DNA from: Amoeboaphelidium protococcarum X5
Lineage: Eukaryota; Fungi; Aphelidiomycota
Direction: 5' to 3'
Length of the DNA: 64,000 nucleotides
Assembly (NCBI GenBank): GCA_023515725.1
Contig: JALDTO010000206.1
Coordinates: forward strand, 330,189-394,188
Positions 42,501-54,623 of the stretch are shown in pieces. The notes beneath the pieces were generated by a model. That model saw only the letters and a list, made by a program, of their open reading frames with translations, ran no database searches and was not told the DNA's origin. Every line of letters begins with the position of its first letter. Position 1 is the first letter of the stretch. The translations under genes were made by a program, and so were the position numbers.

Positions 42501-43570
42501 TCAACAACGTCCAAGTTATCAATCTAAGCCCAACTAAAGATGATATCGCGTATTTAAATCAATTGGTGATAGATATTGGAGTAAGTTCTCAAGGCAGCCA
42601 ACCTTCGCAAATACTAATCATCAATAATAGAAGTGGAGAAGTGAGTATAAAATTCATCCAAACTAGGGAAAAGTGCAGCAAGACGATCATGGCGAGACAG
42701 AGCAGAGTCAACTTTGGCACAACATTCGCCAAAGCTATCACCACTCAAATCGGCTTGGAGAAATTACTTCAACTACTTTGCACCATCAATTAGTTACATA
42801 TCGACATGTCTTTCCACCAATTAATGTTTGTTCACAGAAGCGATATCTACAATACCGCTGGCAACGCCATAAACTCCTAACCAAATCTCCCTGCTATACC
42901 TTTTAGTCTCTTGATCATGAAATTTCAACTTCTCGCTGTAAAACTCATCTCCAGTGATATAGGTAGTGAGGAGTTTCTACCACTGGGATCGTATAGCTTG
43001 ATCTTTAGCATCTATATCCTTATTAACACGTGGGAGATTACCCAATTGAAATTCATGTGCGCCATTTTCATTTATTTTCTGCATAAAGCCATCATAATCT
43101 GGTTAAGAAGTGGTAATACTAACAGTACTACTGCTCCGACTCTTGATCTTACTATTAGAACCCAACTCTAGCTACTTTGACTATGTACCATGTCCAGATT
43201 AGGATAAATATTACTATTCCAATGTGGACGCGTTAAGCAAATCATCTTGCTTCACTCCACTATTGCTGCTGCCAATGGAAGGAGTCTGCTCATTGCTACT
43301 ACTGCTTTATGCGACAAGCTAGGGATATCGGATGGCGAAAAACAAATCAGATAGAATAGGTATACCCAGCTGTATGGCCATATTAATCTCTGCAGATCCA
43401 AAAGTATTCTTGGCCTAGAACGGAGTGGTTATGAAGTAATCAGTGTCTGCGGATAGTGTATCGCAAACTTTGCCACCAAGAGATAGTACCAGCTGAGACA
43501 ATTCATCAAACTTTACGCTATTAAATCCGTACAAATAGAATGATTTATTCCTAACAATATCTTCCTCCAT
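39542..43570 (-). CDS. SSK2: MAP kinase kinase kinase Ssk2/Wis4/MEKK4 family with N-terminal BRCT-like domain
   Basis: Kinase GSGAFGSVY...MAVKEI...[29 protein letters not shown]...HRDIKPDN. Ssk2 N-region motifs [19 protein letters not shown] and [13 protein letters not shown]...[11 protein letters not shown]. Single frame, 1342 aa. Confidence 0.9.
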
Positions 43571-43912
43571 ACTACTTATATAGGTATTAATGCTTAGTCT
43601 CCTTAATGGTATATACAAGAACAACTTAATATTCAAAAAAATATTGAAAGAAAAGAAATCAATTCCGATGTTGGACAAGCTTAGGCGAAACACGGAGAGA
43701 GAGGGAGAGCTTAGTAAGGACGATCGATATACGATGGATAACGCATAAATTTACTTCTGGTCTTCTGGATCGTAAATTACCAAGTAGCTACTTTATAGAT
43801 TAATATCTAAATCTGCTGATTTTTGCAATGCTAATACTTTCTCATTTAAACCGATTTCCATCGCGACAGTCTTATCTGGTTGATAGTCAATGTAGAATAG
43901 TTTGTGGTATTT

Positions 43913-44410
43913 AACAGATCACCCTGATGTGCATTAGAAACCAAATCTTAATATGGTTCAATAACACATTTTAAGAACATGTGCGCTTACTTCTGAACTT
44001 TACTGCAGCTCAATACAACCACTCTCAGCTCGCTGGTGAAGGATCTGTTGTTTTTACCGTGTTTTGAGCTAAAACCGGTAGTTTTCAACAGATCACCCTG
44101 AGATCTTTGAGGGAGAGCAACACTCCGATTCTAGGTGGATAATATGTTTACGCACTCTATTCGCTTACTGCTGATTTTTACTGCAGCTCAATAGAGCTAC
44201 TCTCAGCTCGCTGACATGGGTCTGTTGTTTTCACCGTGTTTTGAGCTAAAAACGGTAGTTTTCAACAGATCACCCTGAGATCTTTGAGGGAGAGCAACAC
44301 TCCGATTCTAGGTGGATAATATGTTTACACACTCTATTCGCCTACTGCTGAACTTTATTGCAGCTCAATACAACTACTCTCAGCGTTCTGACATGGGATC
44401 TGTTGTTTTG
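43913..44410. repeat. Tandem array of ~177-bp units (about 2.8 copies) with internal inverted repeats
   Basis: AACAGATCACCCTGA recurs at 43913, 44087 and 44264. Copies 2 and 3 are nearly identical; copy 1 shares only the start and 3' half. Confidence 0.9.
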
Positions 44411-44484
44411 AATCGGATCTCCAACGTTAAACGCGGCACTTGTTTTCCTTACAACAATAAGTTTTAACTCCCACTCCAGAAATT

Positions 44485-44885
44485 ATGACTATTGACACGG
44501 AAATTAAGCGTAAGACTGGTATACTCAAGAGGTAACTAGCCGTGATTCTAACAAAGAATATATTATTTAATACTTCTGAGTGTGTAGATACAAGAAAGAT
44601 TTGCAATATTATGAGACAGAGTTGAAGCAACATTAGGATAAAGTAGATAAATTACGCAGTTGTGAAGAGGGCGACAATGCTGGAGAGCAGAACGACTTCC
44701 TGGTAAGAAAAGCCACGGAACTGTTACGTGAAACAGAGAAATTGATTCCTGACATCAGAAACCGTGTAAACGTGACGTATCAAGAATTGTACGATCTCTG
44801 TCACGCTGATTGTGTCAATAAGAATGGGCAAGAATACAAAGATGCAATGGACTTGCTTCAAGACACTGATCCTCGTCAACAATGA
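44485..44885 (+). CDS. TBCA: Tubulin-binding cofactor A (Rbl2/TBCA); intron 44532-44587
   Basis: MTIDTEIKRKTGILKR|YKKDLQYYETE...RKATELLRETEKLIPDIRNRV fits the TBCA pattern; 114 aa after splicing. Confidence 0.82.
44532..44587 (+). other. Spliceosomal intron, 56 nt (GTAACT...GTGTGTAG)
   Basis: Removal yields an in-frame TBCA. Confidence 0.8.
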
Positions 44886-44957
44886 CAAAACTGACTGAAT
44901 TTCTATACATTTTCCCAAAATTAAAAACATATATACTATAGTCCACATATCTATTCA

Positions 44958-45859
44958 TCATTGTCTCTCTATCACAACTTCTTTACCAGGTACGCTCTCT
45001 GCAATGTTATTATTACTGTTGACGCGCAAATCTGTCTTGCTGCCAATTTTGGAGCTTCCTAAATATTCATTTACCAGCTGCTACATCCAACCTTGTGGCA
45101 CTGTGGACTCGAAATCAAATTACAAAATATCTCGACCAAATAGAACGAAATGACTGAAAACAGTATTCAGATAACCTTCCATGGAGACGTTCAACATATC
45201 CTCGTAGTGAGCATAGTAAATGTGTAAGAATACACGCAAAAGTTGTTTGTAGATCCTCTCATTAACAATAGATTTAAATTGAGGACTGAAATCTGTTGCG
45301 CCATTACTAAGTGACGATAGTGATGATGTAGGAAATATCTAGCCATCTTCCAACACTGACTGAATGGTGGACATTGACAGATCAATGTACTGCGAGGCTG
45401 ATACTTTTGTATTCTTCTTGTTGCTATCCAGCCATAGTACTTCATTGACAGCACCTTGAGAACTAGGATCGTACTTGGTCATCCACAAGCATCCTTCCCT
45501 GCCAACAGTCATTGTGGGACAGCTCTGACCAGTGCAAAATTCATTAATACAAGAGTACAGATGACCGGTGAGAATAAAGAAATCAGACATCATTGTAGCC
45601 ACCCATTCATCCTCATATTTAACGAGATGTGACGGCAGACTAATGATATTATTCATTGAGCCAGATACAATAGTCTGCCTAACGTATGGATCATTCAGAA
45701 ACAATGGTTTCGTCAACTTGGCCTTCAACTGGGCAGCCAAATTATCATTGCTCTTCTTGCTCTTGGTCATCAACTTGCTACACTCATGAAGATGGATTAC
45801 TGATTATTATTATTAATGCTGAAAGATTAAGCGATATATTACCTAAAAAATGTAGTCAT
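44958..45859 (-). CDS. MOB2: MOB kinase activator, Mob2-type; probable intron 45778-45842
   Basis: KPLFLNDPYVRQTIVSGSMNNIISLP, EWVA, EFCTGQSCPTMT, ASQYID, LLRVFLHIYYAHY, LNTVFSHFVLF. A short exon 1 (MTTFFS) is inferred. Confidence 0.85.
45778..45842 (-). other. Probable spliceosomal intron, 65 nt (GTAATA...GAGTGTAG)
   Basis: Links ATG 45859 in frame to the MOB body and gives a typical MxxFF N-terminus. Confidence 0.65.
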
Positions 45860-46094
45860 TATGTCCAATTTTAACAATCTGTATATTTTATTAGATTCTA
45901 TTTACCGGTACTTATGACAATTATGGCAAATGAAACAACAACTGATTCTTGTTGCGACACAAAAGGTCTCTTTGTCTCTCTCTCTCACTCTTCGCTGCTT
46001 TAAAGTTATAGCTGTCAACTGCACAAAACACTTTTCATCGTTAAAGAAATCTCTCACTTTTCCTATCGCTAATTTTAACAATAATACTATAGCG

Positions 46095-46496
46095 ATGGTT
46101 AATTGGGGAAAACGTCCTGAATTTAATCCTGGAAATACGCTGCCTAGGTGGCGAACGCGTCTAGATACGGCAATGGTGTTTACTGGCGCCATACTAGTTG
46201 GAATCAATGTGTTATATGTGACTTTGGGAATTTACACTGGACAGTTGGACGTGGAAGAATACCGAAAGTAGTAGCTTGAAAAGATTACTGGCCTTGATAA
46301 GAAGATTTATTCGTATATAAACTCAAAAATCAGCGGTGGTGGTGGTTAGGTCAACAATAGGCCATCTTAACACGCTGATAATACTTAATTCAACTCCACT
46401 GTGGAGACGTAGAAGCCATCCATCATTGAACTGGCGGCTTAGATTCGATAAAAGTAAAAAGCGTTAGATTAGAGAGAAGGCTAGACTAAATAATGA
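46095..46496 (+). CDS. Small single-TM hypothetical protein (133 aa)
   Basis: MVNWGKRPEFNPG...AMVFTGAILVGINVLYVTLGIY (TM) then a polar tail; ends TAA TGA. Confidence 0.6.
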
Positions 46497-46550
46497 TTGC
46501 TTTTATAGAAATGATATTGTAAATTTGACCCTTATGAAGAAATAATACTT

Positions 46551-47531
46551 TCATTCAACTTTCGACGTGTCAGTTACAGTCTTATATCCACCTTGTTTGG
46601 CCCATTGTTTGATCTCAATATCACAGATCCATCCAAACGCGTAGAATATAAAAAATCCAACAAATGCAAGTACTCTATCAAAGAATCCAGCATTATGTTT
46701 CTGAATACCACCACCGACACATCTTGCAACATCTGTAATCCAGTCAGATGTAATCTCCTACTAATCTTTCTCCAGTCCAGAGAGTAGATACTTGGCTATA
46801 ACTTCAGGTGTCTGGGCATCGTCGCCTTCAATCTTCCTGGTTATATCCGGCTTTATCTTGTTCTCCTCCTCAAATCCAGGACTGAGAATCCCACCAGGCG
46901 CCATTAAATGTACACCTATATTGAGCGGTTTAAGTTCCTATCTAATACTTTCGGTGAATCCACGCAATGCAAACTTGGCCGGACTGTAACTTGAGTACCC
47001 AATCAGTCCAAAGTAGGTAAGAGTGGACGCAATTACGACGACATGAGCATCTTGAATCTTGTTCTCCACCATTATCTGTACGCATGGCTGGATGAGATTG
47101 ACGGCGCCCATGTAATTTAACATCATTGACTGCTCGTACACGGCAAGATCAGAGTGGAGAAACAGGCCAGGCTACGCTCTACCAGCACAGGCGAATACCA
47201 GAGATGGAACACCTGCAGGAGACTACGAGATCTTGCTACGAACAAGTTCCGCCAGCTTCAAACCGTCGGTAACATCGACGCTAAAGGATTAGATAACTTG
47301 ACTTAATGACGATTAGCCAATACTGGACTTGATTTCCTCTACCGCCAAGTTCAAATCATTCTAGTTACGCGCAAGTATGGTAACACTGGCCCCTCTTTTA
47401 GCACATTCTAACGCAACAGCTTTACCCAAGCCTTTAGATCCTCCACTAATAAGAACGTGTCTCCCAGTTAAATCACGCCATACCTTGCCGTTGTCTTTAG
47501 TCAGCCCCAACCATACGCCAATGTAATTCAT
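46551..47531 (-). CDS. TSC10: 3-ketodihydrosphingosine reductase (SDR family)
   Basis: HVLISGGSKGLGKAVA, ILARN, CAGRAQPGLF, GLIGYSSYSPAKFALRGF (YxxxK), PGFEEENKIKP. Confidence 0.88.
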
Positions 47532-47670
47532 TACTAGCGCGTTTGATTTGTATTCGGTGTTGTAATTAAGAACGTTTCTACTGCCGTCAATTTATTCAAT
47601 CAATCAGCGAAATTCTTTTCCATCTGTCGTTCCTTTACGGAGAAATATCAGCGATAACTTGAAATTTGAA

Positions 47671-48264
47671 ATGATTAAATTAGCAAGCTTATTTAGATAA
47701 AATTTGCAAATATCAGGTAGTATATTTAAAAGTAATAGTCAAAGATGTTTAAGTACAAGTAGTGCTTTGTACGCGTCAAAAAGGCCATAAAAATTTAGTC
47801 TCCACACACACAAGTACGAGACGGAGACTTTTATGCCCACGCTAATGAATGTGAAGACTTCAGTCTATGAGAATAGTAGTGCCGGTAGAAAATCTCTGCT
47901 CCAGTTTATGGATAAATCTGATATTAATCTGGTATCGCGAAAGCAATGGAAACTGTATTAGAAGCACGTATTGCAGCCGCATCAGAAGAAGACTCAAGTT
48001 CATAATCAGTCAGTCTTCTACCAAATGGAGGCGATGCAGAGATACATTCCTACATCTAGCCACTTGGCAAGCAGGTAGAATTTTAAGCGAATGAGCTCCA
48101 ACTCGACGCACAAGGTTGGTAAGAAGTCGCGCGTTAGACGGCAGCGCATCAGACGCGTCCGATATGCCACGCGTTCCCAAGTGAAGAAGTTGCGTAGAGT
48201 GTTCAACAATGGCTTTGGCAAACATCGCGGCTCTAATAGACTATTTAGTATTAATGAACAATGA
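47671..48264 (+). CDS. Mitochondrially targeted basic protein, probable ribosomal protein bL35m
   Basis: Presequence-like MIKLASLFRQ...RCLSTSSALY; C-terminal FKRMSSNSTHKVGKKSRVRRQRIRR...QVKKLRR resembles L35. Confidence 0.55.
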
Positions 48265-48723
48265 AATTATTACACCATATGATAATATGTTTACTGCAAT
48301 TTGATTTATTTTTAGCATTCGGTCTTGACATTATTGAATTTATTCTGTTAATGCGATCTATTGTAGAACCTTAGAGAACCAAATTCATGCACAACTTTTT
48401 TTAGTGTTTATTCTGAGGATTTAAAGAAGTGAGTGTACAGTCATAGAACCTATTAGGACGTAATCTGGATAGGGATCTATAATTGATAAGTCGCCATTAT
48501 CATGGTGTCATCATTTCATGACTGTCGTTCCTCGCGTCATCTTGGTTTCACTTTTTACTTTAACTACTGTAGTTCTCTCCTCTCCTCTGTCTCTTTTCTT
48601 TCTCTCTTTCTCTTACTTACTCTGTGTGTGGCGATCAACGAAACTTCATTACAACAGTCAGAACTGCTAATTTTTGTATATAACTTGATATTTAGTGTTT
48701 GTAAATCAGACTGTAAATTGAAA

Positions 48724-50024
48724 ATGGATGGAGAAAAATAGAACAAGATCCAAGCGCTGGTTGAGGTTAGTGGATTGAGTCGCAGCGAGGCTGAAAACTT
48801 GTTAGAGGCGCATTAGTGGAATGTTGATGAGGCAGTAACGACTCATTATGACACTGGGCTAAAGTAGCCATAGATTGCATCAACTATCTAAAGGGGTAGC
48901 AGCAGTCAGTCTTAAGCTCCCGTATCAGACAGGTAAATCTTAAATATTATCTTCATCTTTATTTTTACAATGTATGTTACTCTAAGTCTAGTTGTAGTAG
49001 TGGTAGAAGAGGAATTGCAACTTTTAGTGATCTACAACAATCTGGTGGTGGTCAGGGATAGGGTGGTAAAGATGACAAGGAAAAGCAGACTTACTTTACC
49101 GGCGGTGAGAAGAGTGGAATGCTGGTGGAAGGTCCGCCTTAAGATTAGGGATCCGGATCGAATGATGTTGTTCAACAGCTCTTGAAGAAGGCTCAGTAGA
49201 TGGCTGGCTTTGGGCCTTCTGAAGGTGATGATGATGATGAAGATGAAGGTTCATATTAGTCAAGAATGCCCCAGCAGTCCGCTTCATCCAGGCCAGTGTT
49301 TAAAGGCACCGGATACAAGTTGGGTGGGGAAGATGTGCAGAGTGAAGTCATTCCAGATCCTAGTTATCCTCAAATGCCTGGTCAATCTGGTTTAAAGTAG
49401 CATCAGCTGCAATAGGGGCATGAATTGCCAGAGGTGGAGAGACGTATCACTTTCTGGAAAGATGGATTTACTATTGGTGAAGATGGAGAGTTGTTAAAGT
49501 ATGATGATCCAAAGAATAAGCAAATACTAGAGTTGATTTTGAGTGGACGTGCGCCTCTGCATCTGTTCAATGTCCAGCCTGGTCAGAGAGCTGTGGTTAA
49601 AGTTGAAGAGAAGCGTGACTAGATGTATGTTCCGCCTAAGCGCAGTGTGAAGGCTTTCTCTGGTACTGGAAATCGATTGGGAAGTGTTGTGCCTCAGGAC
49701 TCTTCATCACCATCATCATCGTAGTAGAAACCTCCGGCGCAACAATAATCATCATCATCATCGTCGTTCACATTAAAGATTGATGACTCTAAGCCTGTAA
49801 CTTCAATTCAGATTCGTTTAGCTGACGGTACTAGAATGGTGGCGCGCTTTAATTTGACGCATACGGTGGCTGATGTTAGAAATTTCATCAACAACTCCAG
49901 GCCTGGTCAAGGAGGGAGAAGTTACACTCTGTAGACTCAGTTTCCCACCAAAGTGTTGGAAGACGCTCAATCTCTCGGCGATGCTGGATTGAATAATGCA
50001 GTCATATTCCAAAAGATGTAGTGA
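48724..50024 (+). CDS. SHP1: p97/Cdc48 cofactor Shp1/p47 (UBA-SEP-UBX); intron about 48933-48997
   Basis: UBA (LLEAHQWNVDEAV), [16 protein letters not shown] ([10 protein letters not shown]...[10 protein letters not shown]), [12 protein letters not shown] ([21 protein letters not shown]...FPTK). Confidence 0.92.
48933..48997 (+). other. Spliceosomal intron, about 65 nt (GTAAAT...GTTGTAG); in-frame alternative AGs at 48991 and 49000
   Basis: Needed to join the UBA exon to the SEP/UBX frame; the exact acceptor is ambiguous. Confidence 0.7.
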
Positions 50025-50123
50025 TTTTGATCACTAAAAAAGTACTTTGCAGTGTTAAATAAACCATTTGTGTCGGATATACAAATTACTTTATTTTATT
50101 TCATCTCTTATTCCTATGCTGAG

Positions 50124-53100
50124 TCAGTGATAATGTTGGAGACCAGAGGGAAGATTAGCAATTCGAGCAGAGCCATCAGATGGAATATTGTTGTTAATCA
50201 ATCGCCTTAGACGGACAGCTGCTATGACGGCATTGGCGGCACATTTAAACAACAGGCGACCCCGCACCCTGAGATGGATCGGACTTTGAGAGCGGGCAGA
50301 TATCAAATGGCACAGGCTGTCATAATGTTGAGCACGAGACAACACAATCAGCAAGATGGACTTTTAGTAAATTAGATCTTATTTGTGACCAAGATCCTTG
50401 TGATAAGACACCCGGATCTGTTGCAATTCTTTCATCATTACTTAACAGTGCTTATTATGCTTCTCGCGCTCGTAATTGAGAAGGGCATTCAGCTTGTTAG
50501 AAGTCAATAGTAAGCCAGAGCTGTCTAGATGATGCTGTGATGAATTCACCGACAATCGTCCATACTCTGACGCACTCAAATTATTTTTGATACATTCCGC
50601 AAGCTATCTTTACTACTCCTTTAAAGCACTCAATTCTGCAGCCAACTACTTGGAGACACCGTTTTCAACAGACGACGACGGACTCATTCTATTCACGGAA
50701 GACAGAGCTCTGTGTTAATCTCGCTCCTCTCTTAGTCGAGTGATGATCTCAGTCTACTTTCTATTGACTGCTTCAAGTTCATTCAACTTATCTTTAAAAG
50801 ATGCGACCAGCTGCTACCTCTCCGTTGACATATCTGACTACACTAGTTCAAACTGTGCAGACTACTGCTTCAATTTACCAATTACATCTTTCAATTGCCG
50901 TTCGAAAGCAAGCTTCTCCATCATCACACGTTCATACTCCAGCTTGAGCTCTTCAATTACTTTATCTCTCTTACGAACAGCCTTCTTCAGACGTGCATAA
51001 TCCTATGGCGGAATATCGGATGTCTGGCCACTGATCGCCGAAAGTGGAACTCTATCTTCAGTCATTGTCAATTCCAACTGATCAATTCTCTTCATGAGCT
51101 TGTCCACCATCATAATTTCGCCGTCATTTTCATCGGTAATCGGAGATAATTACTACACGGAATTCTCGGACCTACCCAAAATCTGCTGATGATTGACTGC
51201 TGCAATTGGAGAGCTCTACTCTAAAAACCTTTAACGCAGCTCAATTAAAATTCCCTTTAAAATACCATTAGCTTCCATCTCATGCTCCCACACTCGTCTC
51301 AACTGGTCCACTTGAGCATGCAGTAAGATCTAGGCAGCGTCCATATTATCATCAGCCACCGATTATACTTTTGTAATCTCCATCAGTGCTCTTCTTAGCT
51401 ACTTGACCTCTTCCTGCAAAATACAATACTCTGGATTGTCTAAACTGACAGTTATATTCTATGCCACTTCCTAGTGACTTTACTTTAACTGCGCAGACCG
51501 AGTCAACTTGACCAACTGATCAATGGCAGATAATGTCTCGCCAGTCTAACTGAACATATCATAAAACTTCTTCTGATCCCCATCCTAATAATCAGCCTCG
51601 TTTACATCCAAAGATGATAATATTAGATCTTCAGCATTCTATGAATACTCTGCATGGTTCTCCCTATTGTTCAACGGCTGAACTCTGGACTGCATTTCCG
51701 CTTATTACTTTTACATCGCCGTAATTCGAGTCTCTGCAACTCTTAGCTATTCTTTGACCTCACTAACTTGCTAAGTTTTTATCATTATCTCAGATTTAAG
51801 TTCACTAACTTGGCTCTCCAACTAACTGATATGCAAATTCTTGGTTCCATGCGCCAATTTCAGCTCATGCAATTGCTATTCCAGCTACTGAATCTGCGCC
51901 CGGCTGTCAATGCTCAGTATAGGAGAGCTTTTCTGAGAGTACATCTTCGACAATTACAACTCAAGATCTGCAATACACTAATCTCGAAATTTCAATTACC
52001 CGTCAAAACTATCCTAAGCCTCAGACAGCGCAGTCTCCAAATCTTTACATCGACTCTAAGTAGATTTTAGATTGGTCTCCATCTACTATAGCGCATCACT
52101 ATAAACTACTTTATTATTATCCAAAGTCACTTTAGAGTCTAACTCAGCAGACAATTCCTTCAACTCTTACCGGAGAGAAAGAGCAGTGCTTGACAATGTC
52201 GAATCTGACAATTTACCAAAAATCTTATTCAAACAATCAAGCCACTCTGCGGCATCCTATGGCCCATCTTTATCTCCAATGACACCATTCAAGATGGATT
52301 CAAATTCCTCGTGTTCATGACAAAAGCTTTCAATCGCTGTAGAATATTACAGCAATAAATCTCTACTCTAATCAAATTAAACTTCTAATTGGATCGCTCT
52401 ATCATTTAACAAGCGAAAGTTATTCTCCACCTATATCAGAGTTGCTTTAGTCTGCCTCAATTAATCTTGAGCTTCTTCATACGAATCTACAGAGATAACT
52501 TTTTAAGATCTCACACTATCCAAATCGTACTCCAAATCAGCGATTATGGCCAGCTTTTATTATACGGCCTACTTAGAGATGTCCAAATCGTGCTCCTTCT
52601 GAGATAAAAGGTCAGATAAATGTCTCGACTAGTCTTTCAATACTTGATTTTCACCAGCCAGCTCTGCAACTTAGTCTTACAATTACGTAACTTCATGCTT
52701 AAATCTATTCGCAAACTCGATCAGTTTTAAACCAAGAGGAAAGTCTAACTTAACATTGTCGCCATCAACGCCATCGCCACTTTAAATATATAAGTACTCT
52801 GTAAGCATCTGGTGATTATTCTAAATCTACTCAAATTCAGCTTTCGCTTTCTTCAACAGAGATTCCTGCTCACTAACTGTGCATTAAACAGCTTACTTTT
52901 CAGACAGAAGTTAATCATAAGACTAAACCTTTTGATTAATAATCTATGCTTAATCACCCTTAAATTGTCCCAATAGAGATACCAGGCGCTCAGATATATT
53001 CTCTTCATTTAGCACTTCATCCTCGTTTGCATCATTTATCCCATCCTTGCCAGAAATCTAGCTAATAAACAATTAAAACTACTTATATACAGGAATTATC

Positions 53101-54248
53101 AATCGCAACTTCTCTGAAGCACTCTCACTGGAATCTTTCACTCTATCATAATTCTCCAACTTCTCTTCAAGCTTCTTTATTTGTACAAGTTGGGTCGACA
53201 CTTCAGCTTCATGATCACTCCGCAAAGACTGCATTTCTTCATGCAGTCTATCAATTTCACTCTAAAGCTTTTAACAAGACTCTATTTACAGATCTCTATC
53301 ATACAGAGCTTTCTCCACTTTTGCACTCTAGTCTTTCAACTTCTTTGAGTCCTCATAAAGTTCATGCACTTTGTTCAATAAAGATTCACTATCAAAATCT
53401 CCTTCTTGGTCAAAATCAAGCAGCTTCACCAAGTCTTTGAAAACTAAATCTTTACGCGCAAGCTCCATTTCTAATTTCTTCTATAACTCCTACTTATCTT
53501 CCATCTCATTATACTTCTAATTAAGGACATCATTGCTGGCTTTTAAATCTTCCAATTCACTTAGACTCCCGGATAAAGACAGTTGCTTCTGATTCAATTA
53601 CACTTCATACTCTTCATTCTTCAATTTCACAATCTGCAACTCTTCCTCTAAAGCTTTAAATCTCTCTTTCCACTCCTCTTACTCGACCGCTTTACACTAT
53701 TTAAGCTAATCATTGCTAGTATGTAACTCTTACTAAAGCTTTAAGACTTGCTTATTCAAATTGGCATGTCCGTCCTTACTAGTTCTCAGCTGCGTCTGCA
53801 AATCTATAATCTCTTACGATTATGCGTCCACATCCTTCTTCAGCTTGGAAATTTCAGCTTCGAGTAATTAAATTCTGTCCAATAATTGAGATGAATTACG
53901 TCTGCTATAAGACGGAGGTGGTACATATTCGAGAGTGGGAGGAGATGGTTCAGATGGACTAATATTCGATTCAAACGACGCAGGAGGCTGCTCCTAATCT
54001 ATAGCCATCAGAGATTCAGTTGATTGTTGAGGAGATGATTCATTTTCAGGCTGAATATTATCATCCTGACGCATCACGTCATCTGCAGCATCTTCATACA
54101 GACTTGTAGTAGACTGTTAAACAGCATTGTCCAGTGCTTGTTCACCGCCATCAATGCCGTCCATACAAGACTGTGAAGAAGAAGACTTTTTATTCTAAAA
54201 CTTATTCAGCCTCTTCCTAGCCAGAGCCAACTTTTCTTCTCTATTCAT
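50124..54248 (-). CDS. PACT-domain coiled-coil centrosome/SPB scaffold (pericentrin/AKAP9/Pcp1-like)
   Basis: C-terminal KQDLIYQKSILLIVL...LFKCAANAVIAAVRLRRL fits PACT; N-terminal MNREEKLALARKRLNKFQNKK; 1374 aa coiled coil. Confidence 0.8.
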
Positions 54249-54623
54249 TAAAATGATTTACTGTATAACCACTATGCTACTGCAGAGTTATAAAGTGGAA
54301 TACAATGAGACAGTTGAGAAAGACACGATTACGAAAGATTGAAACAGAAAAAGAAGTGGGCGACGCGTGTTAGGAAGCGGGGCGAGAAATGGTCTCTTTA
54401 TCTCTCTCTCTCTCTTGATGCCGACCTGCCGACCTGTGTAGCATTGTCTGTTACAAAATACAGCAACTTCATATGATACCGTTAAAGACATAAGGTAAAA
54501 TATTGCTTTTAATGCCTGTAAGTCAAAGTCAAAATATGAAGTCTACAATACTGATTCACTAATAATAAACCACAAAAATCTTATCTTGCCTCATTAGCAT
54601 TAAATCTTACGAAACACATATAA

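Noticed and set aside
43924-43960. Hammerhead ribozyme (CTGATGT...GAAACCA...TGGTT) or TPP riboswitch (CTGAGA...GGATAAT) in the repeat units
   Set aside because: The hammerhead core has A9 changed, no convincing stems I and II, and is absent from units 2 and 3; the TPP TGATC/P5 pairing is missing. Not supportable without Infernal.
44042-44271. CRISPR array (GTTTTGAGCTA resembles the start of type II repeats)
   Set aside because: Eukaryotic context, only two hairpin copies, ~125-nt intervening segments that are largely homologous, and no cas genes.
44262-44633. Minus-strand hydrophobic ORF (track 44427..44633, extended under table 6)
   Set aside because: It is antisense to the well-supported TBCA gene and its AT-rich intron; a shadow ORF.
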